From an uncultured bacterium (GTDB lineage: Bacteria > Chloroflexota > UBA5177 > JANWHV01): a DNA stretch of 64,000 bases. The position numbers and the translations under genes were made by a program. The notes beneath the pieces are model-generated. The model did no database searches. It was not told where the DNA came from and saw only the letters and a list, made by a program, of their open reading frames with translations. Numbering within the stretch: the stretch's first letter is position 1; each line of letters begins with the position of its first letter. The stretch is taken from NCBI GenBank assembly GCA_963729625.1, contig CAVSOU010000011.1, positions 96,001-160,000 of the forward strand, given 5' to 3'. Positions 59,796 to 64,000 of this stretch are shown piece by piece.

Positions 59796-61233
59796 GGTCA
59801 CCGGATTCATGGAGTACGAGCGCGAGCTGCCCGAGCGCCGGCCGGTAGCGGAGCGCGTCGAGGACTACCGCGAGCTCTACCAGGACTTCTCAGCCGAGAG
59901 CACCCAGAGACAGGCTGCGCGGTGCATGGACTGCGGCGTACCGTTCTGCCATACCGGTTGTCCGGTGAACAACATCATCCCGGATTGGAACGACCTGGTC
60001 TATCGCGGTCACTGGCGCGAGGCGGTGCGCAGGCTGCATGCGACGAACAACTTTCCGGAGTTTACGGGACGCATCTGCCCTGCGCCTTGCGAGGCTGCTT
60101 GCGTGCTTGCCATCAACAAGCCGGCGGTGGCGATCAAAGTCGTCGAGAAGAGCGTCGTCGAGCGAGGTTTTGCCGAGGGCTGGATAGAGCCTGAGCTGCC
60201 GTCGGAGAGAACCAGGAAGAAGGTGTCCATCGTCGGTTCGGGCCCCGCCGGGCTCGCGGCGGCGCAGCAGCTCTGCCGTGCCGGCCATCTCGTCACCGTG
60301 TACGAGAAAGCCGACCGTATCGGCGGACTCTTGCGCTACGGTATCCCGGACTTCAAGCTGGAGAAGTCGGTGCTGGATCGACGGCTGCTCCAGATGCAGG
60401 AGGAGGGCGTGGAGTTCGTCACCGGCGCGCACGTGGGCCACAATCTCTCCGTTGCCGACCTGCGCCGAAAATCCAACGCCATTTTGCTGGCCGGCGGCGC
60501 CGAACAGCCGCGCGATCTGCCGTTGACGGGTCGCGATCTCAAGGGAATCCACTTCGCCATGGAGTTCTTGCCGCAGCAAAATCGGCGCGGCTCTGGCGAC
60601 TCTATGGACGGCGTCGAGGAGATCCTCGCCACTGGCAAGCACGTGGTGATTATCGGCGGCGGCGACACGGGCGCCGACTGCCTTGGCACCTGCCACCGCC
60701 AGAAAGCGAAGTCCGTGCAGCAGCTGGAGATCATGCCCCAGCCTCCGCTCGAACGTGCGCCGCAAACGCCCTGGCCGCTGTGGCCGCTGCAGCTGCGCAC
60801 AGAAGGCGCGCACGAAGAGGGTGGTGTTCGCAGCTGGGCCGTAACTGCCACCAGGTTTACCGGCGACGAGTACGGAAACGTCAGTCAGCTTCACGCCGTG
60901 CGCGTCGGGCCGCCGCCGAAGTTCGAGCCGATCGAGGGCAGCGAGTTCGTCATGGACGCCGACCTGGTGCTGCTCGCCATGGGCTTCCTCGGCCCGGTAC
61001 GCACGGGCCTGGTCGAGCAGCTTGGCGTCACGCTGGACGCGCGTGGCAACGTGGCCACGAACAAAGACTACATGACCTCGGTCGAGGCAGTATTTGCTGC
61101 CGGCGACCTCCGTCGCGGCCAATCCCTGGTCGTGTGGGCTATTTCCGAGGGCAGGCAGGCAGCGGCGGCCATCGATCGCTATCTCGGCGCCTCCGTCGAC
61201 GGCCGGTCGCCGGTCGCGGTTTCCGCGCGGTAA
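59788..61233 (+). CDS. gltD: Glutamate synthase small subunit
   Basis: [48 protein letters not shown]; overlaps the gltB end. Confidence 0.97.
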   Translation: MGKVTGFMEYERELPERRPVAERVEDYRELYQDFSAESTQRQAARCMDCGVPFCHTGCPVNNIIPDWNDLVYRGHWREAVRRLHATNNFPEFTGRICPAPCEAACVLAINKPAVAIKVVEKSVVERGFAEGWIEPELPSERTRKKVSIVGSGPAGLAAAQQLCRAGHLVTVYEKADRIGGLLRYGIPDFKLEKSVLDRRLLQMQEEGVEFVTGAHVGHNLSVADLRRKSNAILLAGGAEQPRDLPLTGRDLKGIHFAMEFLPQQNRRGSGDSMDGVEEILATGKHVVIIGGGDTGADCLGTCHRQKAKSVQQLEIMPQPPLERAPQTPWPLWPLQLRTEGAHEEGGVRSWAVTATRFTGDEYGNVSQLHAVRVGPPPKFEPIEGSEFVMDADLVLLAMGFLGPVRTGLVEQLGVTLDARGNVATNKDYMTSVEAVFAAGDLRRGQSLVVWAISEGRQAAAAIDRYLGASVDGRSPVAVSAR

Positions 61234-61431
61234 CGAGTGGCCCGGAAACACAGATGCCGCCGATGGGAGGAGAGGCCACAGACGACGCCCGATATGCACA
61301 CGAGGGTCTTGGCGAACAAACGCAGCCACACGGCCGGCCAGACGCGGTAGAGCTGGGTATCTGCATCGACACAGTGCATAGTGTTCGCCAAGGGCGGTAC
61401 GCGAGGCGGGCGATAGCGAGCAGTAAGGATA

Positions 61432-61703
61432 CTACGCGCCGAGTAGGCGGGCCAGGACTTCCGCGAGGCCGACGTCGCCGGAGTCACCAGGCAGCACGGG
61501 AGGCGCCGAGACCCGTAATACTTCTGGCAAGCTATCGTCTGGCCGAGTACACTGCTGCCGTCTTCGCTGAAGAAGCGTAGCTCGCTCCCAGGATAGAGAA
61601 TCCAAACTGAGCGTGCGTTGGGGATAGCGTCGCAGTAGGCATGCATCTTGTACAGGTCCGCGCGTTTGAACATGCCGCGGCGTTCCTCGCCTTCTGTAAT
61701 CAT
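61432..61703 (-). pseudogene. C-terminal remnant of DUF2357/PD-(D/E)xK McrC-like nuclease
   Basis: EERRGMFKRADLYKMHAYCDAI...VWILYPG; frameshifted tail PVLPG...LARLLGA*. Confidence 0.65.
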
Positions 61704-61725
61704 GACCGCCGGCCGGGCGACCCGC

Positions 61726-61856
61726 TGCCCCGGACCAGATGGCATGCGATGCCCCGGACCTGGACGCGATCCCGGACGCGGTCGCGATGCGCCGGACCCG
61801 GTCGCGAATGCCCCGGACCCGGTCGCGATGTCGCCGACCCGGTCGCGACGCGCCGG
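61726..61856. repeat. Degenerate ~20-bp tandem repeat (about 6 units)
   Basis: Consensus TGCCCCGGACCCGGTCGCGA, units 18-24 bp; further copies at 62261 and 62311. Confidence 0.85.
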
Positions 61857-61859
61857 GTG

Positions 61860-62824
61860 AGTGCGTCGTTACGCGTCACAACAGGTGAGATGGAGGCCGT
61901 TCTTGGATCGATCTTCCCACACCGTAACAGGTGTTCTCGGGACGGACCTGCACAAGGCACCAGGCCCACAGCGCGCCGACTTGCTCCTACTCGGCAACAA
62001 AGACACAGTCCTTGATGATCGTGGTGTGATGCCCCGGCCGACGACCTGTGTAGCGTTCTGTATCGTGCACCGCTCGATCGTGCCGCCCCCGTCCTGAAGA
62101 ATGTGCACCCACGGCTGCACCGGCGCAGGCGCTACCTGGTGAGCCTTTGCAGGTCCCTCCGACGCTTTCATGCTGCAACGCTGGATGAGAGGCTCCGCGC
62201 CGCTGCCAATGAGCAGATGCGCTCCGTGGCTGTTCTTGAGTGTACAATCTGTGATCACTCCCGGACCCGGTCGCGATGCCCCGGCAAGGAGTCGTCGAGG
62301 CTGATGTCCGCGGACCCGGTCGCGAATTGATACCGGTGTGTGTGTCTGAATCGTGCTCTCTTCAAGGGTGCCGTGGGCGTCGTCGTCAAAGACCACACCC
62401 AAACTGCCCGGGGCGCAACCGCGATCCCCGAACCTGGACGGATGCCCGGGGCGAGAACCACGTACAGATGCCCCGGAAGCTCTGCACATCACAGTTCTCA
62501 AGATGCAGCGTGCCGCTTACATGCTCGATCGTTCGGCACCGATGTGTGATCCTGTGGAGGTCCCCAACAGGGTGAGATTGCGAATCGACACATCCTCAGC
62601 CCGCGGGAGCCTCATTGATCGCCATCCGCCTGGATGATCACATCCTCCCTCTCGTTGCCGCCGAGAATCTCTACGCTCTTCGCCAGCGTAAGGTGCTCCC
62701 GGTAGAAGCCAGCTCTGATTTCGATCTGGTCCCCGGGTTGTGCCTCGCGGAGGGCTTCAGCAACCGTGGGGAAGAAGCCACACTCTCTGCTGGATACGAT
62801 GAGCGTACGCGTGCCGGCGCTCAT
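61860..62824 (-). pseudogene. Right-handed parallel beta-helix protein pseudogene
   Basis: FPTVAEALREAQPGDQIEIRAGFYRE.L.L.KSVEI N-terminus; repeats ITDCTL, LIQRCSM, GTIERCTI; stops and frameshifts. Confidence 0.7.
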
Positions 62825-62886
62825 ACGTCGTGGCTCGATCGCCTTGTCGCGCGCAAGTAGTCCAGGAGTGAGTAGTCGCGAAGCCT

Positions 62887-63633
62887 TTAGGTCCGCTTTT
62901 CGCGCCTTTTCGCAATCGGCCGCCGAGTCGCAGTCTGGAGCCTACGAGTAGGTATTGAGTGCTGCTGCTGTAGGAACGACCAAAGTTTCAGCGTGCAGCC
63001 GTACTTCCGGCAATCGAAGTACACCCATCTGGACTCGTCAACGATCTTGCCGTTCCCACCCTTATTACTGTTCTGCTTCTCGGCGGTCCTGGGCTTGCCA
63101 TTCTTGTCCATCTTTACCAGATTGAGATAGATGCGATAGCCTTCAGGCCACTCGAAGCCGGGCTGCAGAGCAGGGCGAATGTCTTCGCGCGGATCATCTG
63201 GATCCCACTGATCAACGAGAGGTGGGGCTCTATGCACAGCCGCGTTGCGCAGGCATCGCACATCGTCCATCTGCTGAATCGTCCGCGGCTCGTACGCTTT
63301 CAGTTGACCGAACGCGTCAATCAAGTCTCTAAAGCACACATCCAGGAGGCCATGGTTGCCGGCATTTTCGACAATAGCCCTCCAGTTCACTGGGCAATTC
63401 GCATCCGGCAGAAAGTAGAGCGCTCGATCACAGAGCGCACGCATCAGGGCTTCACCGGAGGCAATAGCGGACGCGGTCGGGCAGCCGCTCTCCAGAGCGC
63501 GCTTGGCCTCGAGGAGAAGCTTCAAACATTCTTCGCGATACTCATTCCAGTAGGGATACGCTTGCAGGAGGAATCTGAAGGGGACGTTAGGATCAAAGTT
63601 CAGCTCCGGGCGCGCTTCTGGTTTTGTGCTCAC
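62887..63633 (-). CDS. HEPN/DUF4145-like protein
   Basis: EAKRALESG..TASAI..GEAL N-terminal helices and RNAAVH Rx4H motif; visibly more AT-rich than its neighbours; GGAG RBS plus GTG. Confidence 0.65.
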   Translation of the reverse strand: MSTKPEARPELNFDPNVPFRFLLQAYPYWNEYREECLKLLLEAKRALESGCPTASAIASGEALMRALCDRALYFLPDANCPVNWRAIVENAGNHGLLDVCFRDLIDAFGQLKAYEPRTIQQMDDVRCLRNAAVHRAPPLVDQWDPDDPREDIRPALQPGFEWPEGYRIYLNLVKMDKNGKPRTAEKQNSNKGGNGKIVDESRWVYFDCRKYGCTLKLWSFLQQQHSIPTRRLQTATRRPIAKRREKRT

Positions 63634-63729
63634 TCTCTCCGCTCCATTGCCGCAACACGCGTCAATCGCACATTACCGTTCGACCGAGCGCTAGGGCCCT
63701 ATACGAGTTGCCTGCGGTCAGCCACGTTC

Positions 63730-63999
63730 TCAATCAGCTTCTTGCCCCTCAGGCGACAGCGGCCGCTCGTTGCCATTGCTGCTCGTGGTCGCGGGAGACA
63801 CGGGCTTGGTGGTCGCAAAGATCGCGGTGGGTGCCGAGCGAGGTGTCACGATTACCGGCCACCAGAAAGGAAGGCCGCGCCATCCCCGTGCTTCCTCGCC
63901 ATTCTGGCGAAGGAGCATGAGGACCGGGACATCCATCGCTTTCGACTGGGCGAGATCCTTTTGTTGCTTGGTGTCTGGCGCGTTAGAGAACCTGCCCTC
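63730..63999 (-). CDS. 3' end of a gene running off the window, possibly a Z1-domain protein
   Basis: Open to the window edge: GRFSNAPDT...PVLMLLRQNGEEARGWRGLPFWWPV; the Z1 assignment is from recall only. Confidence 0.45.
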   Translation of the reverse strand, partial: EGRFSNAPDTKQQKDLAQSKAMDVPVLMLLRQNGEEARGWRGLPFWWPVIVTPRSAPTAIFATTKPVSPATTSSNGNERPLSPEGQEAD

Positions 64000-64000
64000 C

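Noticed and set aside
61308-61392. 11-bp inverted repeat CTTGGCGAACA/TGTTCGCCAAG after gltD as a MITE
   Set aside because: Single copy with no evident target-site duplication; more simply a 3' hairpin
61726-61856. Possible CRISPR array
   Set aside because: Units are contiguous and degenerate with no unique spacers; no cas genes in the window

Overview
A high-GC bacterial chromosomal window; the gene repertoire (split gcvPA/gcvPB, Uma2, ParB-like/DUF4032, SBBP repeats, FRD-type Hanks kinase) suggests a Chloroflexota-like soil organism, which is inference. Core genes are the glycine cleavage operon gcvT-H-PA-PB, behind a singlet glycine riboswitch and terminator, and gltB-gltD. Accessory content: an envelope operon (Zn-ribbon, GT-C-like, MFS, YncE/phosphoesterase); an OmpR/BaeS-like two-component pair; an acylation operon whose Aas-like protein has degenerate ACP and acyltransferase domains; and a ~10 kb block with a sugar-catabolism cluster and an internally deleted LacI, bracketed by reciprocal 51 bp and 67 bp duplications. 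There are many gene remnants. The right edge looks like a decaying defence island (possible Z1-domain gene, HEPN gene, beta-helix pseudogene, DUF2357-like remnant, minisatellite). The best candidate for an undescribed system is at 44.0-46.1 kb: a cupredoxin-like lipoprotein next to a membrane Ser/Thr kinase whose ectodomain is a paralog of that cupredoxin with altered metal ligands. No rRNA, tRNA, CRISPR array, transposase or integrase was recognised. All family calls are by-eye motif recognition, not database searches.
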